A stretch of DNA of 63,907 nt, counting the filler, from Octopus bimaculoides (taxonomy: Eukaryota): assembly GCF_001194135.2 (NCBI RefSeq). It is 6 parts of 6 records of this genome, joined end to end, with 100 filler letters (N's around TTAATTAATTAA, not from the genome) between each part and the next. Parts side by side here need not be neighbours in the genome. Positions count along the whole stretch, not along the records: positions 13,133 to 40,821 come from NC_069001.1; positions 40,922 to 50,896 come from NC_068986.1; 4 more parts are not named here. One strand, given 5' to 3'. The translations under genes and the position numbers were made by a program. Below are positions 35,601 to 48,200 of the stretch, piece by piece (positions within the stretch are counted from its first letter, which is position 1; every line of letters starts with the position of its first letter). The notes below the pieces were generated by a model, which saw nothing but the letters and a program-made list of their open reading frames with translations, did no database searches and was not told where the DNA came from.

Positions 35601-36407
35601 GAATTTACAAAAAAATCAAAAGACAGGCGTGTAAACAACAAACAGATGTATTTTATGTTTTGAGCCTATACTCTTCGACAGAAAGAAACACAGAAATAAA
35701 GAGGCAGAGAAAATAAAAAAGGTTTAGTGGCTAGTGATCTATCATGGCAAATATATATATAATATAATATAATATAATATAATATAATATATATATATAA
35801 ATATATATATGAAATAGGATACAGTGCCCAGATTCACTTAAGCTAATCATTAATTACTAATTAGTTAGAGACAATATTATAATTTCTTCATCATCATCAT
35901 TGTTTAATGTCCACTTTCTATGCTGGTATGGATTGGATGGTTTGACATGGAGCTATGCTGACTTCAACTTTCTGCTGAAGCAAGATTTCTACAGCTGGAT
36001 GCTCTTCTTAACACCAACCACTTAACCAGAATGTGCTGGGTGCTTTTTACATGCCACTGGTATGGATGCATTTATGCACCACCAGCACAGGTGTGTCAAA
36101 ATAGCTCCAGCATGGGTGTTTTTTAAGTGTCCCCAGCACCTTATAAGACAAGCCTGTATGTGTGGAAGACAGTGATTTTACTTAGCTTGATGTGTCTTAT
36201 CAAGTACAGCATATTGCCTCTTCAAAAAAATTTTTTTTCTTTTATGGAAAGCCTCTTTTCGGCTCTGGAGATTCTTATTCTGAAAATAAAAATTGGTGAA
36301 AAATCCTAACTTCAAAATTTCAATTCCCCCATTTCTTCATTTTTCACTTTTTACAGAATTNNNNNNNNNNNNNNNNNNNNNNNNNNNNNNNNNNNNNNNN
36401 NNNNNNN

Positions 36408-36450
<43 letters not shown>

Positions 36451-36994
36451 GTATCCTTTTATCCTTTTACTAATTTCAGTCATTGGACCATGCTGGAGCT
36501 CCAGCTTGGTTTTCTAATATGTGATTTCAGATTCAGTCCCACAGAGCAGCACCTTGGTCAAGTGTCTGTGTCTTTGTGTTTATGTTTGTTCTTCACTACC
36601 CCTTGACAACTGGTTCTAGAGGGTTAATGCCTCCCTAACGTAGCAGTTTGACAACAGAGATCAATAGAATAAGTACTAGGGTTGATTATTTGTCTAAAAT
36701 CCTTCAAAGCAATGTCCCAAAATGGCTGCAGTGTAATGACTAAAACGAGTAAAAGATGACAGCACACCTCTGATGCACATCTGATGAATTGCCTTTCGAA
36801 TGTCTAAAACCACAGACATTACATAAATTTTTGCTTTGAATTTTTGCATAAACTAGTGTTGCAAATAGAAACCATTGTAACAAGTCATTAATCATTAAAA
36901 ATTTGTTAAAGAACTCTCTTTGTCTTCTCCTTATCATGTAGATATGTATACAAATGTATCCATATACATGTATGTATATATGTGTGTGTGTGTT

Positions 36995-37032
<38 letters not shown>

Positions 37033-38328
37033 TACATACACAGTAGCCTGGGTTAGTCTTCTACCTTGCTGGCTCCTATCAAACATCCAACCCTTAGGTG
37101 GACGTCAAACAATGATGGTCATGATTTTATATATACATATACAGATATATATATNNNNNNNNNNNNNNNNNNNNNNNNNNNNNNNNNNNNNNNNNNNNNN
37201 NNNNNNNNNNNNNNNNNNNNNNNNNNNNNNNNNNNNNNTTCTTTAACAAAATATAATATTTTAAAATGTGTAAAACGCAGTCTTGTTATGAAGCTTTGAA
37301 AGAATATATTCTGCATTTTGTACAGCATGAACTTGCTATATTTTTTCTGCTTTTTAGTGCCAACCAATTTGCAAAGACTTGAAGTTTTCTTGCTCTGTTT
37401 GGTGCTTTAGAAACTTTTTAATGTTTGGCAAAATAGAACTAACATGTTAACTCAACACACTCGAGTGAGTAATATGCAATTTTTATAAAGTAATGAGGTT
37501 TTCATTTTTTTCAGTAATATGTTGACTTAAGTTCATTCTGAAGAGGGATTAACAGAGTCCATATTTGCAGCAAGTTCTATCCCCACGATCTCCTGCTGAG
37601 AAATTACGATGCATTCCCTTGAGCTTTCTCTTAGCATGCAAGTGCACATGGCTTGTCAACACATAATTGCATCTCCACCATGGGAAATTTTTCCAAATGC
37701 ATTCTATGTATTAACGATGTGATATGTCATAATGTAACACATGTACACACATACTCAACACACCCATAAATATAAGTGTGTACATAAGTATATATACATA
37801 AATACACACACACACACATAACTATATAAGCGGTGCAAACAAGGGTAATGACATCAAACTCCATTCTTCACCAAGTGCAACATATTAGAGGAGGCTCTCA
37901 GTAATAACAGTGTAGCAAAACGGTGGTGCCCCAGCATGGCCACAGCTCTGAGCTGAAACTACAAAAAGAAGATATATTTGAAAGTCTTTCGGAAAATTAC
38001 TTATTACAATTTTTAAATATAAAGTGTTTTTTCTAAAATCATTTTTCAAAAAAAAATTATCAAATATTTTATCAGGGTGTTGCTAAACTTTTTGGAAGAA
38101 ATTATTTTCCCTCATGTGTGCAAGTACTTTGATTAATCCATTCAAACACCTGTGTTCTTGGTTAATATATGAAAGCGGAAGTTGCTGTTTTCATAGTAGC
38201 AGTAGTGTTAATCATTTCCGGCTTATTTTCAGACTGAGGGTTTTCACGAATTATTCTTCCTTTGTCTTTCATAAGTTAGTCATAAATATTCTTTTACCAT
38301 TATTTATTATATGGAGTGTTGGCTATTT

Positions 38329-39930
38329 TCAGTTTAATTTCAAATTTAGAATTGATATAAAGAATTCTTCTTTTGCCTTTCGTAGTTGAACATTTTCATT
38401 GTTTATTTTGTAAAATGGGAATATTTTCAATTTTCCATTTGCACAGATATTTGGAAACTTGCTGCATGGGACATTCCTAAGAGGTGAATCCTTAATTTGT
38501 TACTTATGCACATTTACATGACTGGTCAGTTTCCTTTTTGTCACCCCAATGTAGTTTTCATTGCATTGTGGACATGTGATGCAGTAGATGAGGTTTTTTG
38601 GTTTTGCAATTCATATTTGCATTCACTTTTAATTCCTTCCAAATCTTTTGATTTTCCCTTCCTCAATTAATTCACATGTCTCACAACGGGGGTCTCCACA
38701 GTTGGTTACTTGCATCGTTTCTTTTCCAAATGTGAATCTTGCTTTGTTAGAAGTCTCTTGAGGTTAGGTGGTTGTCTTCGGCTGTTGATAATTTATGATT
38801 TTTCAATTATTCATTGGAGATTTGGTGATTCATATTTAATTGGGAGATGTTTGGTCGAATGCAGGATGTGGTTTCTAGGATTGTGGGTAGCTACAAATGG
38901 AATATTTGTCTTTGTATTTTTTTTTTGCACAACTAACCTGAGTGTTTCCCCATAAAGTAGAGATCAGGATTTTCTTTGCTTTTGTTATGGCATGTTGAAT
39001 CAATTTGTTGGAGTATTTTTATTTTCTGAAGGAATATATTAAGTTTAGCCAGTCGTTTCTCTCATTTAGTAGCATCTGTGACTATTGAGCATAAGCACCT
39101 TGCCATATTAAATGGTATGTTCCTTTTTGTATGGGAAGGGTGGCAAGATCTAAAATCTACATATTGGTGTGTGTCTATGTTTGTGTAGTGAAGGTAAGTT
39201 GTAACTGTCTCATTTTCTTTAATTACCAGAATAACCAGAAAGGGAGTTCCTTTTCATTCATTTCCATAGTGAATTGGATTAAGACATGGATGCTATTTAT
39301 TAATTTAAGTAATTTTGTAAGGTCCTCTTTACTTCAGTTCTAAAATATGAAGCAGTCATCTAAGAATCTTTTCCAGTTTCCCATAAGATAAGATTTGGAA
39401 ATGGTCAAAAGTAGTTCTGGATAGGGTGTAGATTTTTCTTCTAGGTATCTCATTACTAGAGTGGCAAATGTTGGTGTCACTTTTGTCCCCATCACAGTGC
39501 CTTGTATTTGTAGATAATATTGGTTATCAGAGAAGAAGTAATTTTCCAGTACTATCTGTAAACCTTCAAGTATAAATTCTTTTGAGAATTACTTCTGAAT
39601 TCTTTGTAGGTGTTAGTTTATCCAGAATTCAACTACTTCTAGTCCATATATATGGGGGATATTTCTGTAGAGACTAGTTGCATCAAAGCTAACAAGTACT
39701 ATCTCTTTATCTACCCTTTCTGGTATATGGGTTAATCTGCATAAAGGTTTTAAAATTATATCAAGAAAGTTGCTTAATCTTTGGGTGCTGGATGCTGGTC
39801 CTGCAACAATCAGATGCAATTTGAGATCAGTTGTTTTGGGAATCTTTACATATAGAGTATGGAGTGAGCTACTGTTGATATCTTTGGATTTATGGACTTT
39901 AGGAAGTCCATAAATGTTACGTGTTTTCAC
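38329..39930 (-). mobile_element. Penelope-like element remnant 3 (RT plus GIY-YIG), the longest PLE here
   Basis: YGLPKVHK..IVAGPASSTQRLSNFLDIILKP..VSFDATSLY.NIP; YLQIQGTVMGTKVTPTFA; WKRFLDDCFIF; NLIYCITCPQCNENYIGVTKRKL; FPFYKI..LRKAKEEFFI..LKLN*. Confidence 0.85.
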
Positions 39931-39934
39931 ATTA

Positions 39935-40637
39935 AAATTAGTGAGCCAGAAACTACAGCCTAGAAGAAGAGCCTCATCTTGGAAGATCTGTAGAGCTTGA
40001 CAAGAAAGTCCTGCAAACCATGGTGGAACAAAATCCCATCATAACTGTTGAGGAACTAGCAGAGAAACTTGGATTTGGTCATTCAATAATTCATCAACAC
40101 CTGTGTGCCATTGAAAAAGTCAGCAAATTGGGTCAATGAATTTTTCACAACTTTTCTGAGTTTAATCACATTCAGAGAGTGAATGTGTGGTCTTCTCTGC
40201 TGTCACATCTCGTAAATGAACCTTTTACAGACTGAACAGTGACTGATGATGAGAAATGGGCTCTCTATAAAAATGTGAAGTGGCAAAGGCAGTGGGTAGG
40301 GAAAGGAGGAACACCAGAACCCCAGGCTAAAGAAGGTCTTCACCCATGTAAGGTGCTATCTCTTTGGTGGGATATGAAAGGTTTAGTCCACTTTGAACTT
40401 TTAAACTCAAACCAAATGAGAACAAGGAAGATCTACTGCGAGCAGCTTGAGTGGCTTAAGTAAGCACTTGAAGAAAAACAACCATCTTTGGTTTCAAGAC
40501 GAAAGGTGTTCTTCCATCAGGATAATACTTGGCCATATTCAGTGAGGATGACATTCCAAAGGCTGGAGCAGTTTGAATGGCAAATGATGTCCCACCCACC
40601 GTATTCACCAGACATTGCCCCAACTAATTATCATTGA
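39935..40637 (+). mobile_element. Mariner transposase remnant (catalytic domain up to the YSPDLAP motif)
   Basis: VTDDEKWALYKN; HPCKVL.SLWWDMKGLVHFELL; FHQDNT; HPPYSPDIAPTNYH. Confidence 0.85.
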
Positions 40638-40821
40638 GTTCGAGCGAGATCGTTGCCAGTGCCCCTGAACTGGCTCTTGTGTGGGGCCGTCGTAGGATTT
40701 TTGAGCGAGATCGTTGCCGGTGCCCCTGGACTGGCTCATGTGCGGGCGACACACGAAATCTTTCGAGCGAGATCGTTGCCAGTGCCCCTGGACTGGCTCA
40801 TGTGCGGGCGACACATGAAAT
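40638..40821 (+). repeat. Tandem 61-62 bp GC-rich repeat (3 or more units, running into a gap)
   Basis: GAGCGAGATCGTTGCC(A/G)GTGCCCCTG(A/G)ACTGGCTC at 40642, 40703 and 40765. Confidence 0.9.
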
Positions 40822-40966
40822 NNNNNNNNNNNNNNNNNNNNNNNNNNNNNNNNNNNNNNNNNNNNTTAATTAATTAANNNNNNNNNNNNNNNNNNNNNNN
40901 NNNNNNNNNNNNNNNNNNNNNATGTGTGTGTATGCGTGTGTGAGTGAGTGATTGTTTGTTTGTATG

Positions 40967-41010
<44 letters not shown>

Positions 41011-41019
41011 GTGGAGGCA

Positions 41020-41202
41020 CAGGCGAGGCTGTGTGGTAAGAAACTTGCTTCCCATCAACATGAGTCTGGGTTCAGTCCGACAGAGGGGCACCTTGGGCAA
41101 GAGTTTTATATAGCCACGAGCCGATCAAAGCCTTGCGAGTAGATTCAATAGACGGAAAGTGAAAGAAGCATGTCGTATATATACAAAAACATACGTACGT
41201 AC

Positions 41203-41239
<37 letters not shown>

Positions 41240-41640
41240 TACATATATACTCTTTTACTCTTTTACTTGTTTCAGTCATTTGACTGTGGCCATGCTGGAG
41301 CACCGCCTTTTAGTCGAGCAAATCGACCACAGGACTTATTCTTTGGAAGCCTAGTACTTATTCTATCGGTCTCTTTTGCCGAGCCGCTAAGTTACGGGGA
41401 CGTAAACACACCAGCATCGGTTGTCAAGCGATGTTGGGGGGGGGGGACAAACACAGACACACAAACATATACACACACATACACATACATATATATACAT
41501 ATATACGACGGGCTTCTTTCAGTTTCCGTCTACCAAATCCGCTCACAAGGCTTTGGTCGGCCCGAGGCTATAGTAGAAGACCCCTGCCCAAGATGCCACG
41601 CAGTGGGACTGATCCCAGAACCATGTGGTTGGTAAGCAAA
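41020..41640. mobile_element. Family A SINEs: 5' half plus (41020-41190) and full copy minus (41250-41640)
   Basis: Alignment with other copies. Confidence 0.8.
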
Positions 41641-41747
41641 TATATATATATATATATCTGTAAAAATATGTGACACTTATTCAGATAAATTCCTCTATTT
41701 CCATAATATCGAGGTCTCTTTCTTTCTTTTGTTGCCATTCCTGTCAA

Positions 41748-41790
<43 letters not shown>

Positions 41791-41827
41791 NNNNNNNNNN
41801 NNNNNNNNNNNNNNNNNNNNNNNNNNN

Positions 41828-41947
<120 letters not shown>

Positions 41948-42600
41948 GGATAGATATATCATAGGCAGTTGCTTAAGTATATTATTACTGTTAGTTTAAT
42001 ATTTTAACGCCTGTCCATTGTCCGGAAATCTTTACTTCATTGTGTTCAAAACGGAATGGAGTGAGAGCAGCAAGAACACAGGGAAACAAAAGGTGCCGCT
42101 GAAGAGGTGACAGATGTGTGAAGAAAATAATAATAAAAAATAATAATAAAATAATAATAATAAATGGTAATAAATGAGTGAAGAATAAAATATAGTGTGT
42201 GTATGTGTGTGCGCAATAGCCCGGTGGTTAGTGCGGCGGACTCGCGGTGGTAGGGTCGCGGTTTCGAGTAGGGGCGCTGTGAGTGTTTATTGAGTGAAAG
42301 CAACTAAAGCTCCACAAGACTCCGGCAGTGGGGATTGTGGTGAACCCTGCTGTAACTCTTCCACCACAACTTCCTGTCACTCTTCCTTCCTGTTTCTGTT
42401 GTCCCTGTATTACGAAGGGCCAGCTTTGTCACACAGAGTGTCACGCTGAATCTCCCCGAGAACTACGTTAAGGGTACACGTGTATGTGGAGTGCTCAGTC
42501 ACTTGCACAGTAATTACACGAGTAGGCTGTACCGTTCATCGGATCAACTGGAACCCTCATCGTCATAACCGACGGAGTGCCACGATATATATATATATAG

Positions 42601-42860
42601 TGTTGCGTCTGGGGAGAGTCATTTTTTTTTTGTGCCTTATATTTCAACGTACTCACCAGTAAAATTTCCACTTATTTCTTGTTGTTATTTTCCTAAAATT
42701 TTCGTTGTGACTTGCAACCTTTTCATTAGTCTTGATTAATGAAAACTTTGCAAGACGCAACGAAAATTTTAGGAAAATAAAAATAATAATTAGAAATTTT
42801 ACCGCTGAGTGTGTTAAATTATAAGGCACAAAAACAAAATGACTCTCCCCAGACAAAACA
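42601..42860. mobile_element. MITE with about 41-bp terminal inverted repeats
   Basis: TGTTGCGTCTGGGGAGAGTCATTTT..TGTGCCTTATA (42601-42641) versus TATAAGGCACAAAAACAAAATGACTCTCCCCAGACAAAACA (42820-42860), in TA-rich flanks. Confidence 0.65.
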
Positions 42861-43212
42861 TAATATGTTTCAACACACGAACTCGCATAAAGAATCTTGC
42901 AAACCAAATCTAAAAACTACATATATATANNNNNNNNNNTTCAACGTACTCACCAGTAAAATTTCCACTTATTTCTTGTTGTTATTTTCCTAAAATTTTC
43001 GTTGTGACTTGCAACCTTTTCATTAGTCTTGATTAATGAAAACTTTGCAAGACGCAACGAAAATTTTAGGAAAATAAAAATAATAATTAGAAATTTTACC
43101 GCTGAGTGTGTTAAATTATAAGGCACAAAAACAAAATGACTCTCCCCAGACAAAACATAATATGTTTCAACACACGAACTCGCATAAAGAATCTTGCAAA
43201 CCAAATCTAAAA

Positions 43213-43273
<61 letters not shown>

Positions 43274-44285
43274 CTTCTGGTAAGTTATTTCTTGTTCACA
43301 CTTCGGATTATGAGTATCTCAGTCAAGCAGAATCATGTTATCTTTTCTGTCTCATACTTCCTCGGAGAAAATGAGAAATTTATTTCAGACCTCGTCGAAT
43401 CTTTTTTTTTTTTTTTTCCTCGGTTGCATATTTGTACTATGTTTGCTATTGTGTTGCTAGAAAATTTAATAGCAGTGAAAAACACTTAAATATTCATGAT
43501 ATTGTCTCTAGACACATTTATTTTTCTATTTAACATCAGTGTAATGCTATGCTGTTTGTGGTTATTGGCAGAATAATGATGACTCTTAAAAATGTTGCGT
43601 CTCTGAACGGCGAGTTAACGAGAGCAGACTTTTTGTGTTGTAATGAAGTAAATATTTCATTAGTTGACTCAAAAGTGACTGTCAATTTTATTTTCGGAAA
43701 ATCCAAATAATGATGACAGCAAATATCAGCATTTCTCTCAATGGGAATTTATCATTACTTACCAACTTTTAATGCATGTATGTGAATGTGCTAATGTATG
43801 CGTGTGAGTGTATGTGCGTGTTTCAATTTATTTGTTTCTATGAATAACTTAGCAAACGAAAATTTAAACAGGACGCAGAAGCAAATATCATAAATATCAT
43901 TGTTGTTAGTTTCGAATGTTATTGTTTGCCTTCCGTGTATCAATAGCTCTCTGTTGTAATGGTCTTTTCCTATGCTAGTTATAATTCAAGCTACATTATG
44001 CGTACACGTTGTTCGTACAGTAAGGTCTGTATTAATTTACTAATTGTTAAAATTATGGAGTCACTGAATATCACATTTGATTTGCCAGGACCATATTCGC
44101 TGTAATAACATATGAATCACCACATTTTATCCTGATTTTAAGCCATATATAATTCATATATGTATATTACATTGGCAGGCGTCAAGCGATCAATTTGAAT
44201 GCCTTGAAGAAAATGAAAGATATTGACAGATAAGCGAGGCATCATATATATATATATATATATAGTATTACCTCTAAAATTTACA

Positions 44286-44320
<35 letters not shown>

Positions 44321-45180
44321 TAGATAGATAGATAGATATATATCACAGGCGATTCCCATCTACCACCTTGTGTGACAGGATAATTGTCACCATCTAATTG
44401 TCACCTCTTAACTTATACACCTTAAAATCTGCAGATGTAGCATGATTCTTCTCAGACTGTGAATCATTTCATCTCTGTTAATATGAGATTACACAGAAAG
44501 TCTTACAATAGAAGCATCGATCTTAATATTATACTTATTCTAATCACTGGGAACAATCGGTTTTATTCGTGTTCACTTTAGGTATTTGAGGTGTTTTAGA
44601 ATAGCGGGCTCGATACTGCCGATTCAGATATTCAAATGAGGTTAACTGAGTAATTTTACAATGTGAGTTTCAGTGTACATATTCAAATCACCAGAACGGA
44701 TCATTTTGATGAATGTACTTATAAGGTTACTTGAGTTACTCTAAGATAGATCCCTGAAATTTGCCAGTCTCCATGTTCAAATCATCACGACAGATCACTT
44801 TTGATCTGTGCTTATATGAGGTTACAATAGGAAAGTCAAATATCCTAATATTCATATTATTGTCAAATTTGAACCATCAATCAAATAACAAAAATGTTAC
44901 GATGATTAGCTTTATTCCAGATATCGAAAGCGTACTAACAGACACAGCATGTCGATCAACCAGTCGCAGTTCGATTGCAGCATACTGAATTTGTGTCAAG
45001 AATGTGAGTGAGAATAACTAGCGATTTTTCACTCTCAGGGCATTCCTTAACTATCTTAAATATGTAAATAAGAGTGTCAGGTAACACTAAGTAAGTGCTT
45101 TGGACAGAACGTAGTAAAACTCTTGGTTCGATAGTGAAACAAATGAAGAGAATAGTGTGGGTCTTGTATTAGCATGTCTA

Positions 45181-45614
45181 TATATATATTAGATGAGATA
45201 ACAAAGCCAAGGCTGTGAGGAGTTTTCAGAACATTTATAATGAAATAGTTTTACTACTGTTTCTGTGATAATATGGATATCTCTTCATAAGAGACGGTGT
45301 GAGAAAGTTAAACTGAGGAAATATCTGAGTTCGAATTAGTATGGAAAAGGAAATATCTGGGTTCGAATTATGACCGTATATTCCCTATCTCCTCCTTTCA
45401 TTCTCTACTTTCATTCTTTTATTTCCCCCTGTATTCCCTATCTCCTGTTCCATAATACTTCGAACTCAAATATCTCCTGAATTTAACTTTCTCACACCGT
45501 CACTGATGAAGGGATATCCATAATATGCCAGAAACAGCTGCAAGACTATTTCCTCATAAATGTCATGAAAACTCCTCACAGCCTTTGCTTTGTTATTTCA
45601 TTTTCTCTAATATA

Positions 45615-45620
<6 letters not shown>
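45181..45620. repeat. Foldback (arms about 170 bp) in which each arm carries a decayed hammerhead
   Basis: 45181-45350 is the diverged reverse complement of 45447-45620. Right arm: CTGATGA-A-GGGATAT-ccata-ATATGCC-A-GAAACAGCTGCA-AGAC. Left arm (minus): GTCT-CTTATGA...GAAACAGTAGTA. Confidence 0.8.
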
Positions 45621-45653
<33 letters not shown>

Positions 45654-46875
45654 NNNNNNNNNNNNNNNNNNNNNNNNNNNNNNNNNNNNNNNNNNNNNNN
45701 NNNNNNNNNNNNNNNNNNNNNNNNNNNNNNNNNNNNNNNNNNNNNNNNNNNNNNNNNNNNNNNNNNNNNNNNNNNNNNNNNNNNNNNNNNNNNNNNNNNN
45801 NNNNNNNNNNNNNNNNNNNNNNNNNNNNNNNNNNNNNNNNNNNNNNNNNNNNNNNNNNNNNNNNNNNNAACACAATATTGCTAGATATTTGTTAAACATC
45901 CATTTAGCAAGTCTTGTCTTTGACCATCGGGGCTTCTGCCAACCGTCTCAAAAAATCAACCTAGGATACCGATTTTGACGATGTCGAACAAACATGTAAG
46001 AGAATGTATTGGATTGCGTGTTACCAGTACTACTCAAAGGGGCCTAGTTTCAAAAAGTGTCTTCAACACAAGTCGACAAGGGAGATTCACGCAACATTTT
46101 GACATATTTAAACAGCCAGGTTCTTTTTGAATCACAGTTTTGAAAAGATATTATTACATCTACAAATGATAAAATACTGTTCTATGCATAATGGCGTAAA
46201 TAGAAGTCAATATGATAATGACAATCGTATTTGTTTATAGGTTTGCCCAATAAGAGTCGACCTGAACCCATAAATAACAAAAAAAATGTAACAGCAACAA
46301 CATTAGTAATGGTTTCCATCCGTTACTTGCTTAGGTATTTCTGTAAGGGTCCCTGCCTTAGGGTGCAAAACAGCTGTGGTCTAACCTGGTTTCAATGCAT
46401 TGTTAGCGACTGAGCGTGCAGCACTTTGAAAGGTACACCGGTACCCTGAAAGGTATACGGTCCTTTGTAGAGTTAACTTTGCAAATATTGCTGAAAATCC
46501 TTTAGAGACGAGTGGACGGGAGCAACTCAAGAACACAACGCACCACCCGGTCCGGGAATTGAAACCCCGGTCTTACGATCAAGGGTGCAACATTCTAACC
46601 AATACTCGATGCCATTAACGAAGAACTTGAAAAATTCCAACTCTTATTTAGCTCGTGTATCCCTGAGAACTAACAAGCAAAATGAAACAAGGTAACGCAG
46701 AAAAAAAAAAAGGCAACACAACTAAATAACGAATTTTGAAGGGAATTTTTAAGTCGTTATTCTAGCAACTATTTCATTGATGTTATAGAAATTGCAAATT
46801 TGTTTCATTTTATATAAAAATCATTAGTTAAAACCTAAGGTGAGATATGAAAAGAGATAAGCTTAGAATAATTCT

Positions 46876-47110
46876 CTATAGGTCTCTCCTCCGGGAATCG
46901 GTGAAAGTTAGACCTGAAAAATATTCATCGAATGTTGGTGACGCATGCATATGAAAAATTAAGATAGAGGAAAAAGCGTTTTCCTCTACATAGGAATGTG
47001 TGTTACTGTAGGTGACTGCAAATAAATCATTGATGCAGAAGTGGAAGAGACTGAGGTCCATAATTGAACGCAAACATAAATCGTGGGTGAGTTTGTTCTG
47101 TGGAAATTAA
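46876..47110 (-). mobile_element. Highly decayed CR1/L2-like RT fragment
   Basis: SIMDLSLFHFCINDL..TYSNTHSYVEE resembles GS(V/I)L.P.LF..INDL...HSYADD. Confidence 0.4.
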
Positions 47111-47699
47111 TAACCAACGAGGTTGACATGGCACAAATCATGCAACCTAAGAAGGGGGAATAAAATGGAGACCATGTGACTGTGATTTATGTACATGCGC
47201 ACGCCAGGCACAGTTGATTACTTCGCTTATGTCGATTACAGCAGCATTTTTTTAAGGGAGAGAACTCAATGACATAAGAGGTTAATTGATGCGTTCATCG
47301 ATTTTTTTTTTTTCTTTTGAAAGGCGTAATTTTGGTTATCGAGAAGGCCGAAGACTTCAAAGTATCGGAAGAGTTAAACAAATTTGTGATAGAGGGAGTG
47401 AGCGTGACAAACTGATAATGGGCATGCGCAGAGGGATATGGTTTGTTGGCGAATTCGTAGCACATTTATAAAGATCGAGACTTTTGCCTGAGGTGAGACG
47501 GATAGAGAGTGAGAAATAGCTGTTGTTCGAAGAGGGAGGAAAATAAATCAAAGGTGCCTGTCGGACATGTTTACTTGACCTATTGGTTTCAGGCATCTGG
47601 AAGTAATTTTACTGTTGGAATGTATTTATATAATATCGATTTTCCTGAAGAACCTTATCTAGAACATTATCTGAAGAATTTTATCTTGTGCTGAGTTGG

Positions 47700-48200
47700 T
47701 TACAAAACGAGCAGCACCTGTCCAGGCTTTTACTGCACAATTACCTTTCATTATTCATGAGTGAAGTATGAGGCTTCAGAGGAAACTAGAGGCTTTCGAG
47801 AATTTGTTTTAGTAAAAAGTAAAAGAAAAAGCATCGTCGGGAGGTGAGAGAACTTGCATGTTTATCTTGTGAAATTCGTGTTAGCATTCAAAACCCTTCT
47901 AGTATTTAAAAGAGAGTGTTTCTACTCTGTACAAACTCCTGCTCTGTGAGACATATAAAATAGGGGGTAATGTATCCAGGTTGTGTTTTAACAGGAAATT
48001 CTTAAATAGGACAGTTTGAGTATACCTGATATACTGTCTCTGATAGATAAGTTGTGGAACACAATCACACTGCCTGAATAATAGATTCTGCGATGCTTCG
48101 ACGAATCATGTCATTTAAAACCTCAAAGTATTCAGATGCTAAATGTATGGACGTTATGGTAGGTATTGACATGGAGATGTTGTAGATAACATCAATATTG
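47700..48200 (-). mobile_element. Possible very old PLE remnant
   Basis: Only scattered motif echoes across frames (ESIIQAV*LCS; LDTLPP; KFSHLPTML). Confidence 0.25.

Noticed and set aside
36781-36825. CTGATGA motifs at 36781, 59823, 8866 and 40242
   Set aside because: No stem II plus GAAA follows. 40242 is mariner coding sequence (VTDDEKW).
40638-40821. CRISPR-like look of the 62-bp repeats
   Set aside because: The inter-repeat parts of units 2 and 3 are nearly identical rather than unique spacers. The context is eukaryotic and there are no cas genes.
42643-43226. Apparently identical 287-bp tandem duplication (offset 297) giving twin 84-aa ORFs
   Set aside because: The copies flank a 10-N gap and look identical, which is typical of an unmerged contig overlap. 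The ORF is antisense MITE sequence.
46341-46380. Possible decayed hammerhead CTGTAAG..CCCT/AGGG..AAAACAGCTGTG
   Set aside because: Too many core mismatches to distinguish from chance. It is kept only as a hint and not counted.
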